From Oculina patagonica (Eukaryota), in assembly GCF_052425735.1 (NCBI RefSeq), contig NC_135763.1, positions 19,654,001 through 19,718,000 on the forward strand: a stretch of 64,000 nt of DNA. The letters are read 5' to 3'. Positions within the stretch are counted from its first letter, which is position 1. Every line of letters begins with the position of its first letter. Under the pieces are notes generated by a model. The model had not been told where the DNA came from and searched no databases. It was given only the letters and a program-made list of their open reading frames with translations. A program made the translations under genes and the position numbers. Below, piece after piece: positions 13,201 to 26,234 of the stretch.

Positions 13201-16200
13201 CAAGTGCACAAAAGGCAACACATAACAAGAAAAGAAAAAGAAAAAGAAAAAGAAAAGGTTTTATGTATCTTAAAATTTCTGTTTTATGGAGAGACAGCCT
13301 AAGTGAAAAATGCTAAAAATGTTTCAAAAAGTTGTTATTGCCACTTTTATTCAAGTATTATTTCGGCTCCTTTGGAATTGGCTAACCGCAATCACCTAGA
13401 TTAACACATTGGTAAAATCAATAAAATTTTGTGCAATTTGCTTTGTTCCTCGGAAGGAAGTATTTTTGAATTACATGTTAACTCTTTGTTGATTAATCGT
13501 TTTTTCACTAAAAGTTTCTTTCTTATTCATGCCGCGAACGTCAATCGCTTGGTACAAGTGATTCGTTCAAAAAGACCGCTGAGGGGGAGGCACTTCACCT
13601 CAAAAACCAACAACTCGACAATAATTTACCGTATTGCACACGATAAGGACCACAACAAACATGTAAGCGTGCAGACATTTCCATTGTCAAGTCAGCAATG
13701 CGATTTATATGTAGATATTACATAAGACGGATGGTCCGAACTAGTATCAGTTACAAGCTAAAGCGATACCTAATCCTTCTTTTCGCGTTTGAATCACAGC
13801 CAATTCTAGTGAGATCTTTGGCGTGGTTTAATCTGCTTTAGTCGTATATATTTTTTTTAAAACTAAGCCAAAACGTTATTTTAAACAGGCTTTAACACAG
13901 CAAGGAATTCTAAATTTGCTTTAGAATCTGATGCACAATCAATAAACAACTTTGGAAAGCACAATACGATACAAAGAACGGACTGTAACGGTAGTTCAAG
14001 ATGGCTTGCTTGACTTGTAATTCAACTCACTGTCAGTGTTTTGTTTTGAAGAAAACACTAAACAAACCGGAAACACTCTCCGAACGGAGCACTCGTCTTC
14101 TTTGTGGAAATACCTTAGACAATTTATAGGATTTATATGACTAAGCAATGAATCCGCTTATTAAATCCTTATATTGAATCCGGCTTATTCACTGTGGTAA
14201 AAATAAGCAGGAACAACAAATAAAAAAACATTGTTATTGTCTTTAAACGTAAAAAGCATCTCACTGTAAAATCAAGATATTTTGCAATCTTGAATGGCAG
14301 TGTTTACACTGCAAGATGGAAATCTAAACAACTGTAGGACGTTTTATCTCAAACAAAAAAACATGGAAAAGAGAAACAAACAAACAAACAAAAAGGTTGT
14401 TTAAGTACAACTTATCTTAATGAGATATACTTTCAAAGGATTAGACCGTTCCCATGCTAAACAGCAAACGATTAAAAGTATAAGACTACTTACTTTTCTT
14501 TTTTTTACGTGACAATGCAACAATAGCAGATATTGTGCCAAGTTGTCCTACTTACCTTTGAGCTCTATATGCTTAACATCTGTTACTCATAAAACGACCA
14601 CGCGATCGGTAACATCGATAAACCATTCGTCTTGTACACTTACGCGCGAATTTTACTAGAACCGAGCTAACTCTTGGGAGGTCTTTAACAGTAACTTATT
14701 GCCCTTGATATAAGGCTGAGTCTTGGTTAATTGGCTTAAGTCTACTGTTTTGACCCTTTTAAAATCATAATTGCATGGATTTTCGAGATAAATCGTTTCG
14801 TAAATTAACACAGGTATTTATGAGCAACACATTTGACAGATTTACAGATATACATGCAGGCCAATATATTTTGCCGTTTTAGGACAATTTGTTTCTTATC
14901 TTTACTTTTGCATAATTCTTATCTCCCCCAGTCTGTGTGGCCACTAATGAATGCTGCTTGATACCTATGTCTACTTTTGAAGAATACATTTACAAATATA
15001 GAAAAATTTAAGCACGCCCTTATCACAATGATTGATTTTTGTTATCGATAATCCGTCCTTTCAGACCAATTAATAGGAAAATAAGCCAAATTAATACTCT
15101 TCTCTCTACTCGACTTAAACCACTGCTTCTTTATCTGTTAAACACAATCATTTACGGTAGCAAGGACTCGTGTTTTGTGAAGTAATTAAATATGCGTCGT
15201 GCTCTTTTTGGTGAAAAAATTTAGCTAGCCACTAGATTTTAAGCCGGAAATAAACGCGCATATATTAAAATTAAAATGGTGTAGCATTTCACGCTGAGTT
15301 CTACATTTTTATGTCACAAAATAGTGGAGCAAAAATGGCAATACACAGACATGATTTACAGCAAAAACTACACTATATTTCAAATCTGATCGAGCAAACA
15401 AGCTGTTTCCGAGAATAATAACTGTTTCAGTTCTATGCAAAATATTCAACTTCCACGTGTCGTATTTTGGTTCACGTTTTTTATAGTCTAAACATCATTT
15501 TCCGTAGAGATTAAAGAAACGGATATCTCCGTTATTCTCGTCCACGCAACATTGAAATTTCCTGTTATTATCTCCTAATGCAAAGAGGTTCTTAATTTAG
15601 TTAAGTTCTTCTTTCCTCGGAGATTGGAAGTTGGGACATGGTTGACGGCATTTCGAGTACGTTGAATACACAGGTCTAACAAGTTGAAACTCAAGTTAAA
15701 ACATTTGACAATTTTTTGTTAATGCAGTTAAAATAAATGATCATATTTAACTTGCTAGTAAATGGAATGAAGATGTGTTATTGCTCAAAATGATAAGCCC
15801 GTTAGATATTTAATGATATGATCTGCACAACAGCTGGGCCACCGGAACTATTGTCTGGACTTCGCGTGCTGTGTATTCTTGGAAGAGTCATTGTGCGATC
15901 GTCTAAATTTTAATTGATTCTCAGACATTATTTAGGACATTATTCAGATTTCTCAAGGGTATCAGGTAAAATACTGGAAATTTCCCTAATTTTTTAAAGT
16001 TAAATTATATAAGCAATTGCTTCACATGATTTCTTTAGCAATTCGAAGTTACTAAACAAATACAAGTAAAATAAATAGGGCCAAACCTCGTAATACAGTC
16101 CTATATGTTATTTTAAAAGCTATGAATAGAAGTATCTGAATTAAGTCTAGCTGTTTCATGTTGCAATTATAAATCAAACTCACTTTTTCTTCCTATGTTT

Positions 16201-17624
16201 AAAATAACGGCAGCGAAAATAACGCAGGCTTGATTGTATGAAGAGAAACTCTGGGGCCAAAATTTGATAGAAAAGCTTTTATTGTGAACATTTGTTGCGC
16301 ATCACGGTGGAAAGGAAAACTAACAAAGCCAGTATACTGCAGTAAACCAATACGATTTACAATATTACTGTGTCTTATATAAACTGAAAATAAGTACTTC
16401 CGAAAGACGTCAGTAAGTACAGTACTATACATTCTTGCTATCATATGTTAAACTGACTGTGTGTAATAAATAAGTATAGTTTATATGAATTAGACTGATC
16501 ATGAGACGAAGTCCATCAGCTTCTCTATATCGTCCTTAATTTATCCACCCATGTAAAAAAAGCTTTGTTTACCGTGGCCGAGTAAATTGTCGCTAATTAT
16601 ATAATTACAATGTATCTATGAACAGAAGGCTCGGGGGTCTACCTTCAGAAAATAACTGATTTAAGGAGCACTGATAGCATGTTGACGAATAAAAATTAGG
16701 TAAAAGATACAAAGCAAGCAATTAAACCCATGGTTAGTCGCAAGCAAATTCTCAAGGTCTCCTTCAATTGGAACAAGTTCCATTGGAGAAAAGAGACTGT
16801 GTTCTTCAACAATAAAGTGCTTGAGCTGATTGAAATGAGGTACTTACATGCTGCAGAGCATTTCTCTTTTATTAGTTGGAAGAAAGTTCATGGGCCAATT
16901 TTTGTTAGCCAGATAGGGAGTGCTCATTGGAGAAATTCAGAAACTGAAATGACTGGGAAAGACCTTTTCGAGCTGGACATTCTCAATTTTCGTGTTTTTG
17001 TTTAGTTGGTGGTTATGTAAAAGCTGTGACCTTTCAGTCACGTTCATAAAACTACCTCACAACTTTGAATTCAAAAAAGTTCTCAAATTTGTATACTGAG
17101 GGGCGAACGACACAGTTTTTGCAAAATAGGTAGAATAGTTGTGATAATCAGGTCATAAATTCCATCGAATGTGTCGATTTTTTTAAATTATGCAAACCGA
17201 AAGGAGGATTAACTTGCCCAGCCCAGGAAAAAGGAAAACCGGAGATACCTCCGGTTAAAAGCATCACGTCTCCTTTTCACGGTGGATTTATGTGTTAACC
17301 CTTTCAGATTAGACTTAAGGAATTTATTACTGATTGCCAAATAGCAATTTATGTTACTGTTTTTCTGAAGATTGGGTAGAATATAAGATACTTGTTATCT
17401 AGTTGATGACATACTTTATTCTCTTTACCTATCTGCCTGTTTGACCCGGCGTGATGAACTATAGGGAGAAATGATATGTTGGTCTCTCTAGCTAGGGCAT
17501 CAGAAGACGCAGGTATCACGTTATGAAGTGAAACACGAGTTTTGTCTGTCCAGTTAAATAAATATGTGGCAAAAACAGATTTTTAAAATGATTAGTTAAA
17601 AAAAAAACGAAGTCTAAGCGGTTC

Positions 17625-17908
17625 ATCGAAGGCTGACTAAATCTAACTGTAGTAAACTTGTATATTTTATAGTTTTGCTTTTTCGTCAGGTTAATAAACG
17701 CTTTGTAGGTGCCGGAGCAATCGAAGGCTGACTAAATCTAACTGTAGTAAACTTGTATTTTTATAGTTTGCTTTTTCATCAGGTAATAAAAGTTTGTAGG
17801 TGCCGGAGCAATCGAAGGCTGACTAAATCTAACTGTAGTAAACTTGTATATTTTATAGTTTTGCTTTTTCGTCAGGTTAATAAAAGCTTTGTAGGTGCCC
17901 GAGCAATC
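17625..17908. repeat. Three tandem copies of a ~95 bp unit
   Basis: Unit ATCGAAGGCTGACTAAATCTAACTGTAGTAAACTTG...TTTGTAGGTGCCGGAGCA, near identical. Confidence 0.92.
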
Positions 17909-19920
17909 AAGTTGCAAAAAGTTGTATAAAGCATACCTTGAAAAAAGAGCCAGGCCAAGCGTACCTTGCATTGGAAAAGAGTCGGGTCAGGTAAACTCCC
18001 CGAAAGCTTTCATGCAAAGTTGGTTGTCAGTACGTAGACTTCGAATCAAACACCGTAATGTTAAAAAAAAAAATCCAAGTTTTCGATTTGTAGCAAAGCG
18101 AGGGCCACGGTGAATGAAAAATTATCCCGAAAACAACTTTTGATAATGCACATGGAATTTGTCTTGCTCAGATTCGGCAGAGATTGTCGAATTCCAATTC
18201 GGGCTTCTTCGTACCGTGAGAGAGTTCGAAACGGGGGTCATTTCGCACACTAAAGCACTCAAACGAACTTTGGGTGCTGTTTTTCGTTAACGTGGAATTT
18301 AAAAATCGTGCTTTGCGTGTTTAAAGGTCTTCAAAGGTCCTTCGATGATATAAGAGTAACATATAGCTTGGTAAACACCAACATGAAAACAATTGCAATT
18401 TAATACCTCAATGCACCCTAAATTAAATTTGCCCAGCTCTGTCAAATTTGCCTTGATTAAAGGGGCGTTGAATTTAACGTCGAATATAAATAAGACACAC
18501 TGATGTAATTTATAGCTGTCTATGCAGTTATTAAAGTTGTATAACTCCACAAAAAAGAGAGAGATTTCGAGACGAAACAAGAGATATCACAAACTGATGC
18601 ATGCAGGGAACATGGTAAACATGCCCTTGGCTATTTAGTTTGAAATGAAAACATTATTCAATGCCTTTCGTGAGATTATCAAAACATAATCGTACCCATT
18701 AAAGTGTTCACTCAACACAATGCGAAAGAGGTCAAGAGTTAAATGGTCGTGAAAACTCCGGGTTATTATATTTCGGCCTTCTGATAAAAGTGCGTTACTT
18801 GCCTTGTTGCAATCAGATTTGGGGGCAAGGAAGCTCGAAATCCAGCAGAGAATTTTATTTGTTCTACTTCCAAACCACGTTTTCGCATATTTCGGCAAAG
18901 ACAAGTGACAATTCCCTTTAAATAAACAAGAACAACAGCGATGGATTTTTATTTACGTTTCTTTATGTACCTTGTTTGGTATGAGTATGAATAAACGGTT
19001 GTTGTTTAATATTAAAACTAAAACAGCAAGTATTTATAGCGAGTGGCGTGTGGAATTGTTTGGAGTTATAATGAAATCGGAATGTTTCGCGGACAGCTCA
19101 TGACACAATATTTTATGATTCTTTGATATAATAAATAACAAGATATTTTTTAAAGAATTTTATGGTTTACTAGGACGGGCATATGTGGGGTTTTGTTCTA
19201 AATATAAAAGTTATCAAGATCACGGAAAAATGCAAGTAATCAGAAACAATCAACGAACAAACAGACAAGTCAAGACGCAAACCGATTACAGCATAAGATA
19301 CTATTTTCTGTGTGCTATTCAGACAAATCCTCTATTGTATAATCAAATTAAAAGACAACGATGATTCAAATAATCCTGCCATGCTAGAAAGCTTAAAACA
19401 ACGCAGTTTTTCAGGAAGATATCATTGTTTGTAAAATTAAAAGTGACTCGCTTACGACAACGGATATTCGAAGCGCTAAATCATTTAATACCTTGCTAAA
19501 AGCTTCGACTTCCGATTATTTCAAAACACCACCGGGAAATGTTTTAGCGTTGTCCGAACATTGCTAAAACGCACGAAATTATTCCACGAAAGGAAAACTG
19601 AACATCACGAAAGAGTCACGAAACTGGCACGAGCGTTCTCGGTTTTCACCATCGACGGGGATTAAGCACATTTTTGCATGCTTCCAAGGATGTCCTTGCC
19701 TGACACCTCTTCAATTGAAGTGTTTCTACCGCGGGCAAAAACGGATTATCCCGCATTGGTTTGTTAGCCGCACACGTCTCTCACTATGCAGAGCCGAGCT
19801 CGCCTTCGGATAGTTTGGATGGTTTTCTAAAAGTCATATATCACTTCCGTGCTTTGCAAAACATGCTTTAAGTAAAATTACCAAACAAACACCGCAATAA
19901 ACTAAGGAATAACAATTTAC

Positions 19921-20096
19921 CAGTGTGTAAAGCTTGCCTCTCTGCCGCTGTTGTACCTTCTTTACCTCCTGGACGATAATGAGGTAATCCTCTTGTAACA
20001 GCTCTCCAAGTAGTGTCGATGGATCGGAGTTGATTCTGGGTTGCGTGAAAGTCGATGATATTCGTCTGACAATCTACAGACGGCACTCCTTTTATA
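19921..20096 (-). promoter_or_regulatory. Candidate distal Wnt4 promoter (TATA + Inr) and non-coding first exon
   Basis: Minus-strand TATAAAAG at 20096-20089; TCAGA Inr-like A at 20067 (29 nt downstream); ATG-free exon ending CTG|GTAAAT at 19921; matching acceptor TTCTTTTACTCTGCCAG at 7256. Confidence 0.55.
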
Positions 20097-23000
20097 CCTG
20101 CTTTTTATCAGATCCGTGTAATTTAGACGGAATTGGGCGAGAGTTCTATAAACAAATAACGTTTCACTCTGCAGCCTGACTTATCAACGATCCAAGCTTG
20201 ATAACATCTTAATCAATGTGATCACACGCTCTCTCGGTCGATAGGAAGTAGGTTTAGGCACTTCCCATGGCGAGTATCCTCTCTGTCCCGTCACCTACGC
20301 GTGTTTTAGCAGCAATATTTCCCGGTGGGTAGTCGATAGTGAAATTTATCTAACAGCGTTAATCTTTTTGGCATCTTCATTGTTTGATTGCTGGAAGAAT
20401 TGAGAACATGCGGGTAAAAACGTAGCTCGGTGCTAGAACTCTTCTCAGATAAAGAGGATGTGCACTTTATGAGTCAAAGTTGTTTCATTGACAGGTTTCA
20501 TTACAGCGCATGCCCGTGTGATTTTCATGTATCACGTCGAACCAGTTTCTGCTCACCAAGTCATGCAGGCACTCCGCGATTCAGCTAAGAACTTGGCACA
20601 GTCAAATTGACTATAAACACTCCCAACCACAAGTCAATACAGCCAAATCTTTACTATTCATTCGCGGTAGGGTGCTCTATTCAGCTGTCGTTTGGTCGTG
20701 CAACATATGTGAATTCAATTGAAGTGCAAAGCATGCATATCAGAAGATTTAAAATTCGGTTACTGATACAGCCGTAACATTCCTTAAAATTCGATAGCAA
20801 TAAAACACCTCACATTTCGCCGTGAAACGATTTTCCTAATTAAGAGGAACCCTTATTTTGCGTCCTTAAAAGCAAATTAAAAACGACTCTGAATTTCCGG
20901 CTTTGGTTAGCTTAAATACGATGAAATAAACCGAAAACGCTGGGAGGTTTCGTAGGCATCGTGTTCATTCACGAAAAATAGTTTCTATATCTCTTTTAAA
21001 TCCTGAAAGGAATAAAATTGTTCGACACACCACTAAACAACGCTTCCTTTCGTTTTTATCTTCATACTATCAAGTTTAGCGAAATACCCTCAAGCACAGT
21101 TTAAAACTAAGGGTTAAAGAGTCATTATAACACAAAAACAGCAACACGGAAATTATAACCATCGGCTATGATCGGTTTAAAATAATAGCGATTAGAAACA
21201 GATTTACAAGTACTTGCATTAGCACCGTTTATGCTGCTTTTATAGCTTAAAGATTGTATAGCAATGGCCAGATAAAGCGTGCGGCAGACCACAACTAAAT
21301 TTTGGCGGCAAAACATTGGCGGGAACCTTTGCCATCCGCGCGCGCGTGTCCAATTCATGCTCAGTGTAGCGAAGCAAAGAGAAAAAATTCCTTGAATTTT
21401 TGATGGATGACACAACAGATGACAGAGTAGAAATAGCTTTCGACTCTTTCTTTTTTGCCTTTCGTGAAGGGGTACTGCTAAAGTTAGTTTAAGATAATTT
21501 AGTTGATTTAAGATAACTAAGAATGTCACATTCAAGTAATTCTCACGATAAAAATTTGGCTGAAATTACCCGAATTACCTTGTCCACCGACACTTTTCGT
21601 CATGTTCAGTATTATCGTGTTTAGCAGACAAGCAAGTTCAGTAAGGTCATCAAGTGATATCCATGATGCACAATGCAATTCTCACAAACTGTACTGAAAA
21701 ATATGTATGGCAAAGGTTATGAGAATTAGCATTCCTAGTGTGCGATTACAATTGCAAAGAGTTATCATGTACAGATAAATCAGTTTGTTTGCGCATAAAA
21801 TAACCAGGGGACTTGATGGACTTCTGACCCACGCCACGTGTAAAATATCAATCTTTATTCAATGACTTTTACATCTGCTACAGGTAAAAAACTTTAATTT
21901 CATTTCTCGTTGACAGAAATGATATTGCTAGGCTGGCTAGGCAGAGTAAACTGATTCTAACCATTAGTAAATAATGGGGAACACTTGAGCTGCTTACAGA
22001 ATCTGATCGTTGTCGTGTGGTAATCCCGAACAGATATTATACGCATCTATTTCAATTATGCACTAGTTAGACAACCGGTTAAAGTTCCCCGCCTGATTAC
22101 AGTTACCACCAGGTATCTTGTCAAGCCTAATCCCACTCGTTGAGCATGCTGGCATACCTACCCTACAGAATTATTGCTCTTAACATGTTTAGATTGTATC
22201 TGAATTTCTGGCTTGATCATGTAAGAACGCCAAAGGGTATAAAACTGTTATAAAGTTAGGTAATACATCGTATATGAGAAGATATGGAACAAAAACAAAT
22301 TGTTAAGATACGTGAGGCATCCCACTAACTGAACTAACCTCGCATGGGCTTACAATGATAGTCGGAAAAAATAACACAAATCTCGAGATGTTATCAGAAA
22401 TGATAACGCTATAATCATCATAAAAAAGGGATTGAAAGAAAAACTTGCTGATTCATTTATCTCCATTTTGTGGGTGACGCCCTCATGCGGGGGAGTTGGA
22501 GCGAGTTTTGGAGATGGGCGGAAACAATTGTCTAAGCGTGATAGAGTTGCCATGCTCAGAAAGTTGCCTTCTTTCCTCTTGAAATTGAGAGCTTGGTCAA
22601 TTTTTATTTGTGGGGGTAACTAACTTGTTTAAGAGTTTTTTGTTCACAGCGTGGGCGTTGAGCTGCCATGGCCGTAGAAATAAGTTCCTCAATTATCTTT
22701 TCTGGCCCTAAATCCCCAAAACACATGCACCAGCTCACGTAATTCAGGTCTTTAATTTTTTTAAAGGAGATCTGAAAAATCTTTTCAAGTCTAGAGGTAC
22801 TCATGCTATTTATTGGTTACTTATAATGTGCAGTCAAGACACTCACTGTCTTGTTAACTATTTTACGCAACTACGCGAAACTAGCTGACAGTCGCCTACC
22901 TCAGTGCATCTATTTGATTCAAAGTATCCAGTTGTGACACAAAAAAGCTGCATATATTATTCAGTAAAATCAAGCCCCCAGCTGGAGGGCAACTTATAAT

Positions 23001-25041
23001 CACGAGGAATGTTTAACAAGGCCTTAGGCGTAGAGCTCTTTGTTAGGATTATGATACAATTCCACAAAAAAAGTGTGTGGTCAGTTTTCAAGATGTCCTT
23101 CACCCGAACAGATATGGGGAAAACGTGTGGGAAATTTTGACTGTCAAAAAGTAGGTTAAGTATCAAAATTAGCTTGCCAATCTATCCCAGACGCCATCAG
23201 GTCTGCTGCAGCCGGAATCAGATAAAAACAAGATAATAAAGTATTTCTTCTTGTTTCCTCGTGTGTTCATAATGTGCTATAAATCCGGAACATAGGCGTG
23301 GCCGACGAAAGGGGCACGACCCGCCCTCCTGTTACCCACCAACACGCACCCTTTTGGATCCATAGCAAACCTGATTTAGGCACGAAATCACAACAAGTAT
23401 GTCGTGTGTTGTTCTATCTTGACCACACATAGCGATAACAAATCATCATCTTATAGCCAAAAATCGTAGCAACGTAAGACTAAACCGTGAAAAAAACCGT
23501 ATATCTCAAAGGGATGAAAGCTAGTGCAAGCAGGAAGATTATATTCAGTGATGTACCTATCTTGTTTTAGGTGTACGTTTTTCCAACATGTCAATAATGT
23601 AAGGTACCTTGTTTAGTCTTCTTTATAAATTGCATTTAGAGAAAGAGGGCTTAAACGAGAGGGAGGATTAATATATATATATATATATATATAGAGTTTC
23701 TATAGAAGATTTTTTTATTGGAGAGGGTGGCAAGGAGAGATGCTGTGCGGTATACAACAGTAGGTTTGACATTAGATTTTTCGACATATGTTAGTTCCCA
23801 TCAGTGAACGCTTATTTACTGATAGGTTGCTTAGCCTTCTTTTAAAACAAAATAAAAATTTGCGGAAACTTTTTTTAGTAAAGCCATAATGCTTTATACC
23901 AATAATCGATTTCGATACGTCTGGTACGTTCAACTACAACCATGAAAACAACAAAAGTCAGTAAAACAATAAATATTATAAATACTACAAACAAACTCGA
24001 CAATCCCTTGTGCAATTGCATTTTCCCAATCCTGACCAATTGATTACATCGAAAATCGATAATAAACGATATAAATCGAAAACGATACATGCCAATTAAT
24101 CGATTGATTTGAAAACGATGACTAATTGATGTGGGAAAATCACTGAATTCTGTCGATTGGGCAGACCGAGATATTTTAGATTTGTGAGTTTTTGTGTCTA
24201 GTGCGAAGCACAGACATAATGCTATAACGCTAAACATTTGGGTAAGTGCTTCATATACGGCAAACTATGACGTCATACCAACCAAGTTCCACTGAAGTTT
24301 CTCAGCGTGACAGCGTACACGAAGTATTTTGCAGTATTCCTCTCTGGGTAATAGTAATCGATAATCACTTGTTATTCCTTCGTAGCCCGAAGTAAACAAG
24401 CGATGACAACGTATAACAAACGACACAAATCTAATTTGAGATAATTAAGCCATTAACAACGTCAACACAAAATAATTGTTGATGCGCTAAAACAAAGCAA
24501 TAAATTCTCGGGCGTTTTGAGACTTTCGCGTCTCCATTAGCGTAAAAAATGCCGTTTTCAGACAGCACGCGCAGGACCGGCATGAACATTGAATTGAGCA
24601 TGAGCATTTTAGATTATTAAATGTACTCGCACGTTTGCGTAATTAATGCGCTACCGTGACCATGCACCATGCATAAAGCTCAATTACCCAGCACTAGAAA
24701 CGTGTACGCGTTGCGGCACTATTTTTCTATACGTTATGTATTTGTTGCACAGGGTGGGCGTACCGCGTCACAGTGCAAAATTAATGAATCAATCAGAATC
24801 TACCACTGGAAATTTACCTAGAGAGCCACCGAAGCAAATCATAATACGACTCGAAAATTCTTCTAACGACTTGGAACACAGTAATAAAAGACACGCGCCA
24901 AACGAGTGCGCTACTCTGCTCTCAATCGATCACGCGGCTATTTTGCTTTTCGTTAACGCGGTCATTCAGTTCTTGGTCACGCGGTCTATTTTTTGGTCCT
25001 CCTATACACTGCTTTTGGTCACGCATCTTACCCTACTCTTA

Positions 25042-25745
25042 GGCCTCGTCCACACTGGCTTGGGTAAATTTGAAAAAGGAGAAATTTAGAAACGCCGCCA
25101 CATTATCGTTTTTGTGTCGTTTACAAAATGTTCACCGTCGACACTTACCTGGGTAAATTTGAAAACGATACACAGCAACGGCCATAGATGAATGGCAGAG
25201 CATGAGTGCATTATAACAGGAGCCCGTCCTAAATTCAAATGAGGGAATTTTTTACAATAAATGTTTTTATCGGCGCCGAGGATAACGTCGATTAAAAAGC
25301 TATTTTACTTAAGGACTTTCCGATGATCCATAGATTTCAAAGCTAACCACACCCCTATATTTAAATACAGTGATCAATTCCAAAAAGAAGTCGAAAATTC
25401 ACGGAATAAAAAATTACTGATTTATCGTTCGGAGTTTTAATTTTAGGTTGTAAATCGCAACGTTCAGTTCAAATTAAGCTCGATAGTAAACAAAAAAGCA
25501 AAGCATCAATTCGTCTGCCATCTTGAATTGATGGTCGAAAGGGGACTGTGACAGAGATCACATGGCCAGTTGACGCCAGCGTTTTCGAAAAGTAACGTTT
25601 TCAGCCGTCCACACTACACCACCTAGCCGGCGTTTTTAAATTTACCCACTTTGGAGAGCGTATTTTAAAAGTCCCGTTTTCGGAGACCGTAAACGCCGTT
25701 TCAGTGTGGACGGTTGGCCTAACCGGGAAAAAAAAAGATGCGTGT
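25042..25745. mobile_element. PIF/Harbinger-type non-autonomous element
   Basis: TTA|GGCCTCGTCCACACT start; internal CGTCCACACT / AGTGTGGACG and TTTGAAAACG subrepeats; right end appears truncated. Confidence 0.65.
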
Positions 25746-26201
25746 TTGTAACTGTAGAAAAGGAGCTCAGAAAAGAAATAATTCTATCGATAAACGAAGC
25801 TTGTAACTTACTAAATTTTCCCAGCTTCGCCGCCATCTTGAAAATTTTACATCCACAATGCATAGCGATCCCAGTGCGCACACCGCCTGATATTTACCAG
25901 TTCCTTGTCTCCGACCACGCGTGTCCGCCGCAAGGTGAAAACGCACGTGTCTTGCAGGATAGAAGGGTGATCAGTTACTATGTTCAATGCAAGCCTTGAG
26001 TTAAACAATCCCGAGATCTTATTAGAAAAAATTTCTTTTTCAACATTCGTTCCTGAGGCACAACACTGTTTTTAGTTCATTAGCTCTTAATTGCTTTCGA
26101 TCTGTAGGTCCCTAACTAATTTAACGCAGCGTATTTAATTTAAAAATTTTGATTCCCGGACAAGGTCAGGAATAAAATTTATTTTGTCTATGTGTAATTG
26201 G

Positions 26202-26234
<33 letters not shown>

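Noticed and set aside
9412-14560. Additional minus-strand GTAAG donor-like sites (~9417, ~12587, ~14555) as extra Wnt4 UTR exons
   Set aside because: Isolated motifs without convincing promoter or acceptor support; expected by chance.
24646-25089. 147 aa ORF
   Set aside because: No motif; it runs into repeat and Harbinger-type sequence.
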